A stretch of 64,000 nt of DNA from Oculina patagonica (GCF_052425735.1 NC_135761.1:62434001-62498000), one strand, 5' to 3'. Shown: positions 50,462-63,165, counted from the first letter of the stretch. Notes: a model not told the origin generated them from the letters alone. Numbers and translations: made by a program.

Positions 50462-52107
50462 CTAGCAGCACAAGCATCCCCCTTTTGAGCCCTCTGCTTT
50501 CTCCTTCCTCTCGCAAGGAAGGCAAACGGCGCAGAGGCATTTGCCACAAAAATACCAATAAAGGAAGGTCAATAAGAAAATGATACCCCAGAAGAACAAG
50601 CCAAACGTCCAAATGGTCTCTGCTATGGTTCCCATTTCTTCCTTCATCTGCGGCGCCACGTCAAACAGGCGATTTAGGGCCACTCCCATGGCAGGGGCTA
50701 GGGTCAGCACACAGTAAAGGAACCCAGCTGGGAGCACTACACAGACGCGGAGCGGGTAACAAGCCCAACAGAATGGGTTCCCGATCCATGCATACAGTGG
50801 CAAGATTCCTGGTGATAATAACGATGATTAACAATTAATTTAACTTGTTTTACTTCACAAGCTATCTATAGGCGAGAAGGCAGTCTTCCTGGAGGATATT
50901 TCAGGGTCTGCGGAGAGCAGAAATTCATCCGTAGAATTCTTAGATTATCGACAACAAAGTTGTCCGTTCAGTACTAAATATCTTGCAGTGACGTACTAAC
51001 AAGCAAATGGGATGGTATGAATGCCAGTTGTCAAAAAAAATATTAATTTGACCATATGTTGATTAACCAGTCAACCAAAAGGTGTTTCAACGATTTTACG
51101 AACACTAAATTTCGTGCAAAAAAAATAGTAGTAAGAAATCGGTCAAAATTTCAAGGAAAATATTTGGTTCCAAGATGGTACGCATAACAAAAACTGAAGA
51201 ATTTGATTTTCACAAACTTAATTTGGCTTTTACTTACTGTTTGTATTTTATGCCAAACGTTTAATATGTTCGTTTTCTCTGTATGTAATTTTCCTGGATT
51301 TACACACTTTCATCTAAAAACTTCAAATTCAAGAAATTAAAAGGCATTAAAGTAAAGTCTTAACTTACCCTTATAGATGCTGACAATGGCTATAGAGCCG
51401 AGCAGAAGCCCTAACCACAACTCACAGTTGATCAGCGCCTGCGGTTCAAGGGGTACCTCGTCTGGTGTTTTGGCGCACTCCCAGCAGTTGATACCACCAG
51501 CTCCCCACATCTGCGCGCACAGCTCGACTGCCAGACATGACATGGGCACGTCATGAATCAGCGTTTCTACCAAAAGAAACAGCGTATGAATCTGTAGAAT
51601 CTTCTGGTAATAAGGCGCAGCGTCACTGACCATGTTCTCGAAGTTTTCATCTCTCCAGTGCTTGCATGTGTTCGGGAACAGCACCACAATATGGACAACG
51701 TATATCCCGCCCGAGAGGCAAATAAAGAAGAAGAAAACGCCTTCAAGGAGCTCCAGCGTTGCCGCCTTCTCGCCTAGCAACGCCTGGGTAGCGTTTGGCG
51801 TCGCGACGCAATACGGGCGCGTGAAGTTTGTGTCGTTGCTCAAGGGTTGCAGCGTCGCGGTTGAGAGCTCGTCACAGCGCGAGTACGTTGCAGACGTTTC
51901 CAGGAAAACGCCGACATCAGTGCCAATGTTGAAACCTTGGAACAAGGCGTAGAGAATGATTTGGCAGAGGAATCCACAACCAGGGGAAACAGCATTACAG
52001 AAGCAACGGCAGATGCCGCGGCAAATTGCCATGCAACTTTTCCCAAGGCATTTGCAGCAATTTGAAAGAAACGACTGGATGCAGCTACAAAGACACGAGC
52101 AACACAT
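50462..52107 (-). CDS. Uncharacterised Cys-rich multi-pass (about 6 TM) membrane protein, paralog B, 361 aa
   Basis: Exons 51369-52107 and 50462-50808, phase-1 intron (...VSIYK-G-ILPLYAWIGNPFCWACYPLR...). Upstream acceptor at 52150-52151. Ends RKEKAEGSKGGCLCC*. Confidence 0.88.
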
Positions 52108-53534
52108 GATGGCAGTTTGTTATTTACTCAGTTCACAGATGTAATCCACCTGAATATAATATTTCAAGTGTTACTGCTATGCGTTTTTCCTTCGGTTAAG
52201 TCGTAAACCAGGCCCTTTGAGTGTATTTGTCAGTTAAACGTTGTCTTCCGAAGGCTCTCTTTGAAATTGTTAGCGAAGATTTCGTCGAAACTTCTGTACA
52301 CTGTCGATGACCTTTTGCCTCAGATGAAACAATATGGCCGCCGTAGGGCTGTCACAACTCGTCGCGAGATTTGTTGTAGGATTTACTTCGATTTGCGAAA
52401 AGGCTGAAAGAATGATCGATATAGGCTTTGTTTCCCAAAGTTCTCCTTCAATGAAGCCAGATACTTTGTTACAATCTCAAAACAAAGTATTCAATCCAAT
52501 GTTTCTTTAATCAAATAAACCATGGTCGCTTTTTTTTCCTTCGGCAGTTTTCATGAAGTTGACCCGTCGGTTTCTTGGCGAGTAACCACGCTGCTGACTC
52601 TTGAATACGCCTTTTAAAATTTTCTTTCGGCTACCTTCGTTTCTTTTTAAGATCCAGTCGTGATTTTGATTAAATTTGTCGATACACAAGTCGTGTGTTT
52701 TAAGTTTTCCTTGACAATCTTGATCCCGGCGAAATTTGCATTTATCCTCTGGCCAACATACACTTGACAATCGCCAGCTGCAATGGCAAGACAAGCGAAA
52801 TAAAAATTAGTTTAGAGATTTAAACGAAAATTTCGTGAAAAAGTAAAGTAAATAGCGTATTTAAACTTTTACACAAACCTTTCTGGGAGCTCGTTCGAAT
52901 TTTCGAACAGAAGGACGCAAAAAACTTCGATGTTTGTTAATATTTAATGACAATGGCTTTTATACCGAGCTGTCAAACGGAGATGGAAGCTAGCCTTATG
53001 AATAAGACATCGAGGGAAATTGTGTACGCGCTGATTATGGTCTTGTGGAGATTAAATAAACAAATCTAAGTAAAGAGAGAGTTTTCAAATTAAACCAGTG
53101 ATTCCTGAAAAATTCAGGGTTTAAACCGAAAGATTTGGCTGGGTTCGTTTAAAGGAATTGGCGATATTTTTCAAGAACCGCAAAAACGTTTTCTTACCTA
53201 TCAGCAAGCGAAATTTTCGTCTTATTCAATAAAAATCCATACAATGATCCTATGCTAATTTATTCAAAGCGTATTTACGTAAACACAAACTGCCGAAGAT
53301 TATAAAAGGAAGCACTTTATAAGCAACAAATGCTGTGTTTTGAAGGGGTTCCAGTGTAAAGTAAGATTTCAATTCAAATGGGCGATTTTCATAAGGTAAT
53401 CGTTTCAATGTTCAATCGTCAAAATTTGATGGCTAAAAAAAAGAGATTTTACACAGATTTTTATCTATGGGATTCTTATTCAGAAATGGCAAAGTAAATT
53501 TACGATCCGTTTAAGCGCGCTCACTTTTTTTCGT

Positions 53535-53574
53535 GCTTGAATGTATACGGCCGGGCTTGAATGTATACGGCCGG
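53535..53574 (+). repeat. Perfect 20-bp tandem duplication
   Basis: GCTTGAATGTATACGGCCGG twice. Confidence 0.95.
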
Positions 53575-55576
53575 AAAAACACAAAATTAACAATACAGTA
53601 TTCCAACAAATAAAGTTATCTTGCATCAACAACTAAGTGTATTATAGACTACATTTATGATTTCCAATCTATTTTTATACATACATAAAAAAAATAATTA
53701 TACAAACATTGGTTATCATCTTTTTTGCATTTTAGATTATCTACTGTTTCTCCGCCATTCTGATGTCAAAACTTATGGGAACTGCCGGTTGACATCGAAT
53801 AAACAAATACCTTAGTATTCTCAACGTATAGCCGGATTGTAATCGATATACGCTACATGATAGTGCGAGGCCGGTTTGCCCATGAAATAAACTTGACACC
53901 CTGGACAAAAATAAATCAACAAGGAACAAAATAAAACATATGTTACCGGTCTAAATGACTGAAGCAAAAAAAAAATTAAATTACAAATTTAAGGTAGATT
54001 GTCGACACCTTAAGCTTGCCAAAGAAGATTGGAACAAATGGCAAATTGAGAACTTTTATAAAGCTTGGATCTTATTGTTCAAATATCAAGTCCAACTAAT
54101 ATGCATAGAGGATGTTACGCGTTGGTTGAAGATATGAATTTTATTTTCGAGTGGAAAAACAATATTTTACTAATAATCGCAGCGAATAAGTAAAATATTG
54201 TTTTTAACACGAGAAAATAAAATTAATCTTTAACCTACGTACAGTTTTGTTTTTAATTATATAGAAAAAAAAAATTCACAAATTGGGATAAACTGTTAAA
54301 GTGCCACTAGGACCAAATTTCACAATTTTTTTTCGGACATTTTTTGCCACAGAGTAACTCACCGGGGTCTATAGAGAACCTTGATCCAGAAAGAAAAAAT
54401 TAAAAAGCCTTCCTTCATAAAAATTGCGAGCTCCGAAAACTGCAAATTTTCGGCCGCCATTGCTCGAATCTGGTTCCAAGTGAGCCCGCATATTTCACAG
54501 CGGCAGGTCTCACTATGACGTCAAAGACTCAACACGTGACCTTCCCTGTGTTGTTTTTGTAGAGATTTTACTCGAAAAGTGTGGCGATTATTCGATGAAA
54601 TTATCCGTCCTCCAAGCCTTTAGGAGGAAGCTATTCTCCATCAAACCAAATAGAAACATTCAATAGTACAACGACAACGCAGATCAGGTATTGCGAAGGA
54701 TCTAGAAGCCGTGGAGTACGCTTGAGAAGAAGCTAAAGGCAGCCACGTGAACTCGTGTGCTTTTGAGTCTGTATTCTCAGGAGCAACTTCAGAATACCCG
54801 TCACTTCGGTCCGCCTTGTCGACACGCTAATTTTAGAAATTGGTACGTAGTGCGTTAATTGGTTTTTTGTCGTTTTCTTCTTTTATTTTTTTCAAAGCGT
54901 TCATTTTGAAAGCAAAGCTTGCTTATATGAAATGCAGGGTTACAAATTTCGGCCATGCAGAAATACATGCAGAAATATCTCAAGTGCCTGATTCGCAATG
55001 TTGTACGTCAGGGGGAACATAAGCTTTATCATTCATGAAATTTAAACCTTAAACTCTATGTTCACTATCTTTGTATTTCTCAAGGTTTTGAATCGATTTT
55101 AAGTGAGTATTTTGCTTAGTGATCACTCCAAAATAATTTCCCCATTTCTTGTTCACAGTCCACTTTCTTGAGTACTTCCTTGATCATCACGATCAGGTTC
55201 CCAGACAACAGTACGGAAGTTTTAAGCAATTATTTGTTATGGATTGTTGAACAATAAAAATAGATGACTGAACACAATGGAATGCCACGTCTCAGACAAT
55301 AAAATTTACATAAATAAAATGACTGTTGTTATTATATGACAAGGGACATAATAATATTATCATAGTCAAGTTATGGCTAGTTTTTCTGTTAACAACATTT
55401 TCATCACACATACATTTTGCACCATCATGATGCATAGTTGTTTTTTTTTTCCAATCTTTTTTCTTTTCAAGGAACACAAGGCATTGTCATAGGTGGGTGG
55501 TGCTTGTGGGAGTGTTACAGGGATATAATTTCAGGCAAAAATGTCACTGGCAAAATTTAATGTACACAACTTGTCT

Positions 55577-55653
55577 TAGCCTGCGAATGCAGCTGCCTCT
55601 CATTCGCTCTTCTGTGAGGGACTCGAATGAGAGGCGGCTGTATTCACAGGCTA
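55577..55653. mobile_element. 77-bp TAG..CTA mini-element with perfect 9-bp TSD (Academ/AcademH-like)
   Basis: AACTTGTCT at 55568-55576 and 55654-55662; TIR TAGCCTGCGAATGCAGCTGCCTCTCATTCG / CGAATGAGAGGCGGCTGTATTCACAGGCTA. Confidence 0.85.
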
Positions 55654-56742
55654 AACTTGTCTCTGCCTAAGGTTGTTTGATCTGATTGCCATTTGAGGTA
55701 TTTTAACACACTGAAAGCAGGCTGTGGTGAAGTTTAGGACTAAAATCGAAATGTAGCCACTCCCCCTCCCTTGGGCATTATTTACCCAATTACCCCAAGG
55801 CTGAAGGGTCGGCAATTTGACATCAGTGGTTGTTATTACAGCAGGGAAATTGAAATCATATGGGAGGGGTGGGGGAGATTTAAGCTAATTGCTTTGATTT
55901 TGTTTATGATTCCTAACCGTTCACAGTTATGTTAGTGGCTATTGGCTGAGATTAGGAAGGAAGCGGTCTTTTGACTTTTAAGCTGATCAACCGTGTTCTT
56001 TTGTGACATTGTGGCTGCAAAAGAAGGGCCTGCAAAAGCTGTGTTTTGCATTTAAAAGTGAATAGTTTGTTTCAGGTTTATCTAATTTGCCAATAAATCA
56101 TACACAGAAAAGAAAGAAACTTCTGCTTGACTGGTCAATTTTGCCCATTTACTACCAGTAGGTTTTCGGGGAAAAGAGAATTTGATCACAGAATGAGACT
56201 GTTATGTGGGGCATTTGAACAATATCCTTCGCCTGGGAATAATAACTTGAACAACCACAACTTCAAATGCTCGTGGGCTGCAGGGAAGGGGGTGCGGATT
56301 TCTGAAATTTATATTTGATCAGTACATTTTACATGGCTAGGGCTTGTTAAGATACAACATACATGGTGATTGGCTAATAGACAGGGTGGCAATATCAATA
56401 CCTGGCTAGAGAAAAACAGTTATTCTGTGCTCCCCCTGGTGCACAAAAGGTTGATGATCAAATAAACTTCTTATTAATGTTAGCTCTCAACTGAAGCCCA
56501 TACTGGGAGATCATTGCCCTTGCTCATTTCAAAGGACCAAGTAAATATTAAAGTTTGTTAAAAAACATGTCTGGATAAAAATATGTCACTATTTAGTCAC
56601 GGACAACTGGCTTTGACTAATGAAATACCGTTATGGAATTGTGAATATGATATCAGTGTTCAGCTTCAAGCCAAGGTTTTGTAGATAATTTAGAACAACA
56701 AAACCCAGAGGCTTCTTTTAAAGGAAGTATTTGTCCATAATA

Positions 56743-57030
56743 GGGTAAAGTCCATGTCAAGCCTAGTGGCCCACCATGCTGGAACTTATCCTGGTTTCTG
56801 TACCATGAAGTGACTAGGAGCATTTCTACCCCCCCCCCCCTTGGATGAGATGTTAGTCCATCACGGGCTTACTCCCCCCCCCAGCATTAGTTCGCTGGTA
56901 CTGGCCATGGGTGGAGAGAGATACTATGAGAGTAAAGTGTCTTGCCCAAGAACACAACACAATGACCCCGGCCAGGATCGAACCTGGGCCCTTCGATCCA
57001 GAGTCCAGCATACCAACCATTAGGCCACCA
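56743..57030 (-). mobile_element. tRNA-derived SINE, near full length
   Basis: 14-bp TSD ATTTGTCCATAATA at 56729-56742 and 57031-57044; A-box TGGCCTAATGGTTGG, B-box GGTTCGATCC; same family as 98-438. Confidence 0.9.
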
Positions 57031-60000
57031 ATTTGTCCATAATATTTGTTCTTTGTAATTAAAATAAATCTTTACAAGGCTAAAAATGGCTGAAGTTTTA
57101 GCCATTTCTAACCTTGTAAATATTATTGCAATCTGTATTTGCTTTTGATAATCTGAAAATACTATCCAAAGAAGCATTGCAGGTAAATATTTATTTTTAT
57201 TGACATTACCTTACACTTTATTGTTAAATTCCAATTTGACATGGAAAGAAGACCCACATGAAAACCAGCAAGAACTGATGTGGCTTCCTCTTATCAACCT
57301 CAACCTTTGGACTGATTGTATTTATCATTGCATGGGATAAAAGATAACAACCAATTTATCATGTAGACATAAATGTAACAGCTTGTCACAGAAAACCACA
57401 AAAATGAGGCAGCAAAAGTGAACATTGGTTGCTCTTATTAAATTCCTCAAAGCAAGATCTCAGGATATTGTTTTTCTCAGTGGCAATAAAAGATAGCACA
57501 ATGAATTTTTGAATTTTACCATGCTACATTGTATGCTTTCAATAATGATGCTCTCGAATGGTATACTTGTAATTTCTCAAATGGTATGTACTTGTAATAT
57601 TGTTGAACAACCTAAATATATTGAAATATACAACCATGCACAGTATCCTGGGCCTCATTGTACCAATAACGCCTGACAGATTAAGAAAACAATTAAAGCA
57701 CACATTTGATGACCTGTACAGAAACAAAACAAAAAAAACAGAATTTTGAAAGCAAGATTGGCTAAATATGAGTACATGTATCGACAATAAAATTATAAGC
57801 AGCAAGGCACTGTAATTTAATGCTATTGCTCGTGTAAACAACTCGTGTAGTTCGTGTAAGTGATGGAAGTAATAAAGTTGAAGTTGAAGGTGAAACAACG
57901 GCATTGTGCTTATTTTAAACCACACAGAAGAAGGCCTATGCATGGTCCGTCTAAATTGTTCGGAGATCAATCCCCGTATAAAATGAACTACCACAAAACC
58001 TGTCTCATGCAGCAGCCGGCTGTCATTCGGAAGGTTCGCTCGTGTGTGTGCGAGCAAATTTTAACTATTTGTGGACAACAGCTGCTCGAAGATTTGAATG
58101 TACCACACATTAAATTCCCAGCATAATGTAATTAAGCCTGGTGGACTTAAATTGTATTTGTGAAGTCTCGAAAGGCTGAAATTCTGTAGAGAACTCTAGC
58201 CATCTCTGTAGAGATTCGAAGAGATACAAGCGAAATCGCGTACGAGGCTGAGTCTTTGACGTCACATCCGGTAAATCCGCGACGATCCACGTCATTTCCC
58301 CTGGAACATGCTTGAATAATGGCGGCCAAAAAACCCCGAGAAATACAGTCGAAAAAAACGGTCTTCCCGTGCTCAGACAGCAAAACGGTTTGGACAGGTG
58401 AGTAAGAACCACATACAGATTACGAAAATGCAAAAACATTATATACGAAGAATTTGGTCCTGGTGGCACTTTAAACGAAACAACCGTGCAAAGGCGGGAA
58501 ATGACGTCATCGATTTTCCCCACTAGTTACGGTCCCGGATGTAGTTTCGATATGAATTTTTCGAGTGGTCTATTTTCCAGTAAAACACTCGCGTCTGTAT
58601 AATAAAGCATAATAATTTCTGTATAACTGGAATCTGCCACCAAAATGAAAACCTTAAAGGCTAACTTCCGTACCTTAAGAACCGGCCAATTGGAAACAAG
58701 AGCTTCCCGGCCTAAAGAATATATTATGTTATGTCTTATTTTTTTTTAAAGATGTTTGATCAAATCGTAGATGAAGAGCATAGAACAGTATTTTCTCTCG
58801 CCAATCAGAAGCAAAAACAAATCCAATAAGGCAATTGATCTTCGATTTTTGTGTACGATTTTTCCCTCGCTTAGTGATCTATTATTGGCTGTCCACATCT
58901 TGAATTCATAATAAATGTTATCAGAAATTTTAAACTATCATATCGGTTTAAAACACTCCCTAACTAAAACTGAATTCTAGCCAAAATTGTAAAAGCTATA
59001 TCGATGACATGCATGTCATGCATGGTTGTATGGTTTTATAACGTTGGTGTAGACTTTTATCGCATGTCTTTAGAGATTGTTTCAATAGGCCTCCCTGAGT
59101 ATCGCTTCATTTTACTGAAGCGATTTCGCAAAATGCAAAATCTTTTTTATTGCAATTAATAGACAACTTCCAAATAGTTCAGTGTTGGAAAGGTTACCAA
59201 AAAATATCAAGAAGAGCTGAAGTCATACGATTACAAAACCTAGTTATGTTTGTGATTCAAAAATCACTGTGATTTTGTTGCCATTTCATGTCCGAAAAAC
59301 TACGTGACACAGCCCATTTAATTTATAGGATAATTCAATTCAATTTTTGATTTTCGAAGAAGCTTTTTGAAATAATCTGATACAATTGAGTAGAACAGCA
59401 GTGGCTTTTGCACATGTGACACAATCGCCCGCAAGAGAAATTTATCGACGACGATAAAACTGTCTGTGCTCATCTTGATTCAGTCGATCACAAAGCTTAT
59501 TGATTTGTATAGCCATCCTCGCCACAACTTACAACATGCAATTTAAAAATTATTTCGTCAAAAAACAAAGTTTTCATTTCTTAACAGATACAAACAGAAA
59601 AACCTCACCTCCGAATTTTTGGCAAAATATTTTCGCCTTATTTATTTTGATGTCTTTGATTCTTTGCTCATTCGCGAAACCATACGGCAAAAATTATCCC
59701 TTGACTGTTGTTGCAAGGTAAGATTACGACTTTAATTTTGTTTCAACTAAACACTGAGAACATCAAGATTCAATTATGTTTAAGGTTAATAAAACCCCAA
59801 GGCATACAGCATGTTACATTGCCGGTGAACTGCGACCACTGTTAAAAATTTTACCGAGATCTCGGTGAAGACACCTGTAAAATTTTGGCCGCTGTTGATT
59901 TCATCATGAAAACACGCACAAATTCAGAAAAGCCCAACTGTAAATGGTTGATAATCCAAAAACAGTCATATTTATGCTATGTGGCATGGATTCGTAGAGA

Positions 60001-60201
60001 AAAAACAAAAGGTATATTATATTTATCCAGTGATCGTGTCCGCCATTTTGAACATTCAGAATGATAATTTCTCCCACTTATGGTAAACCGCCTTTTTTTC
60101 GTTTTAAACTGCGTTTAAGAGCATACAGCTTTTCATAATTTTTCTAACAAACGCAAAAATACAAATATTCAAATAAAACCGGTGAAATAATGTAAACTTA
60201 C

Positions 60202-60426
60202 CGTTTTCAGGGCTTTTTTTCTTGGGTGAACGCTTCGCCTCCTTGCTCTTCGTTTAAGATTTCCAACAGCGATCGAAGACAAGCGGAAACGAAAATCTAT
60301 TCTTTTCCATCATCGTATATATTAACAGCCAGGCAGGTGCATTCGTCTCAAAAGTTTCCGGTTTTTCAAACTTTCGAGGCTTTTTTGAGTTGCAACTTTG
60401 CAACGTTCGCTAGAACGCTTATATAT
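60202..60426 (-). promoter_or_regulatory. Candidate TATA promoter and non-coding first exon, possibly of membrane protein paralog B
   Basis: Minus-strand CGCATATATAAG at ~60418-60429 and strong donor AACG|GTAAGT at 60202/60201; no long ORF. The nearest downstream same-strand gene has an unpaired acceptor at 52150. Confidence 0.35.
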
Positions 60427-63165
60427 GCGAAAGAAAAAAAAAACATTTCTGAAATACTATCTGGCCAAAGTATTTCGTCTTCAGTTTTTTCTTTTTTTTA
60501 TTCAGTCTCCCGAATGTGAAATATTAATTCTCCCGTACTGAATGCATTTCATTACATACATATATACATTTTTCGTCTACACTGCGAGATTTTAGTGGTA
60601 CAACTGATGAAAACATTCCTAGTTGATGAATCTCTTTTCTGCTAAATACGGTAATGTACAACACGTAAGGACGTGATAGAAACAGACTCGTAAAACACAT
60701 AGAAATCAGAATTTTCAGAAAAAAGGACATTTTTAACTTTTAAAGACATGTTTCAGCAGAAGACTGTTGTCGTCAATAATAATACCCAGTCGGTCTTTAC
60801 GTCACGGGAAAATCAGAAATGAAATGAGAAAAACTTCGTCCTCGCAAACCAAAAATCAACCTTCTGGGTCCCAGGGCATATGGAACGAGGGTTTATAAAT
60901 CAGTGAAAACTATCTTCAGTTGCTAATGTTGGATTTTTTTTTTCCTCCAGGGAAAACAATTGCTATAGCTTAACATAATATTTTTACAACTTAAGTATTC
61001 TATATCAGAAGTGTATATGAACGTCACTATATATAATACATGTTATAATGTCTAATTTCTCTTCACGTTTCAAAAAAAGTACAATGATTAAGTTCGACAT
61101 AAACGTCTGTCGTCAGTTAAATGTTGGTTAAATCTGAATTAATTATTTTGTTAATGTTATGACAATGTGGTACATTTCAAGAAGAATAAGTAACACAATA
61201 AATAACAATAATAACGGAAAAAATTATAACAGAAGCTGGTAATAAAATAGCTATTTTGCAAGGAATAAGAAAACAAGCATTATGAAAAACGTTTTCAAAA
61301 AAAAGGGACAATGTTTTTGGTTAAAACGGAATAAAGTTTTTCCAACTAATGTACATCGCCTCCTTGGGTTTAGTTTGAATTTTTGTGGCGGAATCTAGCA
61401 TAGGGAAAAGTAATTCATGCACAGAGCATACGCTTGTCTGAGGAGAAATATATGCTGGTGGACGCGTATGGAAAATGGCTGAGCGTTTTTTTTTTTGCCA
61501 ACCTACAATTGCAGCTAGCATTATAGCTACAATCTTTGACAAAAGAAGTGTACACATTGACTTTGCTCTGCTGTTGTTATGATAAATTTACCACTAGTTT
61601 TTAAATTTATGACTGTCTGCTAAAATAACCTCTCCCCCCCCCCCCATCCAATGTTGTAAAATGGTAGCAAAGGGCTCCTAGAAACAAACTACAACATTGA
61701 TAGGGGGAAGGGGGGTTGGGAAAGTGGGGCACAAGGATGAAATTGGTCCAAAATAACAATAAAATAGCGCCTAAATTGATAATGTGTCAACACTTTTGTC
61801 AACGATTCTAGCCAAAAAGTATACATGATCCCCTCTTGAGCTAACACTTCTTCTGCAACGTTAGAGAAGGACCAAGACAATTGTAAAAATGTGAGAACAA
61901 CTGCCCCTCGATTTTACCTGTAAGAAAAATTATCAGGGCCACCAACAGACAAAATGTCGTGATAAACTAACCTTTAATGGACTACATAAAGCGTCCCATT
62001 CAGAGAGGTTGTGGCAATACTCCAAAGCAATTCATGAAGCTTTGATTTACACAGATATAGGAGCCCCAAAATTCTAGTAGATTTCTGGTTGACTTTTGTA
62101 ACAACACACGACAAGTCTGCCAACTCATGATCAAGTCAAGCCAAGTCCCATCGCAGGTTATAATCCCCCCTCCCTCTTCCATCCCCCCCCCCCCCCACCA
62201 CTTTTAGTATCCCCCCCCTCCCTTTGCAATAAATAATTTGCAAGAAGAGTGCATCAACACTTTTTAGCAGGATATAGTTTTTTACAACTTTTTGTAGGAT
62301 CAGAACCTAGGTGGAGCGTTTTGAAACATGGGGGGGCTCGTCGTTCACCAAGCGCCACCCACCCCTCGGGGGGGGGCTTTTCCCTTTTTTTTTTTCCAAA
62401 TTTTTTTTTTGACCTGCCTCCTTTGCAATCTTTTCAGCGACACGGTGTGTCCGTAATCGATTTATGAAGATACATAACTAGGTACAAGTAGATCAGACGA
62501 TCCGTTTCATGTCGAAGGATTTGGTTAAAGCTGGTTTTAGTCGTCGAAGGGCAAAAATGAACGCTCTGAAGCCGCCGATACCATCTAGGAATTTGTGAAG
62601 TAAAACGTAACACTTATGCGAATCTCTCTCAGTAGCATTTTGGGACGAGGAATTTCGTTGTTGTAAGTCAAACATTGTCCCCATATTATTTTGCCAAAGA
62701 CGAGCCTGGTGAATTTCTTGAAGATAAACCAATTTTATGCATGCGCTATCGATATTCTCGGCACTGAAATGTGGCGGGGGGGGGGGGGGTCAAAACGAAA
62801 GCTGAGCCCCTCACAACATTTGTTGGGGGCGGGAGGCTACAGCCCCCCTGCCCCCCTGTTACAACGGTTTTACGGAACATCAGGCAACATCATATCAATA
62901 TTTCTTTTTGTTTTTAATGAATTTTTGAAAAATACAAGCAGTTAAAAGATTTTATTAGAGGTTGCAGTCACGGCACCTCACGGTGTTTACAGTGATTTCC
63001 TTTGTGTCATTTCATTGCAAATCATTTCTTGTGTCATTTCATTCCAATCAGTCACAAAATACCTATTTTGATAACTCCCATTCACTTATTCAACTCAACT
63101 GTGTTAGTATGTGCTCTTATTGTTCTATTTAAGGATTGTAATGGAAAATTATGCTTATATACTTG

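Larger units (their letters stand above)
54300..58470. mobile_element. 4.2-kb Kolobok-like DNA transposon relic containing nested inserts
   Basis: TTAA at 54296-54299 and 58471-58474; TIR AGTGCCACTAGGACCAAATT / AATTTGGTCCTGGTGGCACT; subterminal inverted TGACGTCAAAGACTCA (54516-54531 / 58249-58264). No intact transposase ORF. Confidence 0.8.

Noticed and set aside
57539-58523. ORFs of 78-172 aa as an intact transposase
   Set aside because: No DDE motif is recognisable; at most a decayed THAP trace, reported separately with low weight.
62300-62875. G/C-tract-rich segment resembling 43247-43320
   Set aside because: Probably ends of a common MITE, but termini and TSD could not be defined.
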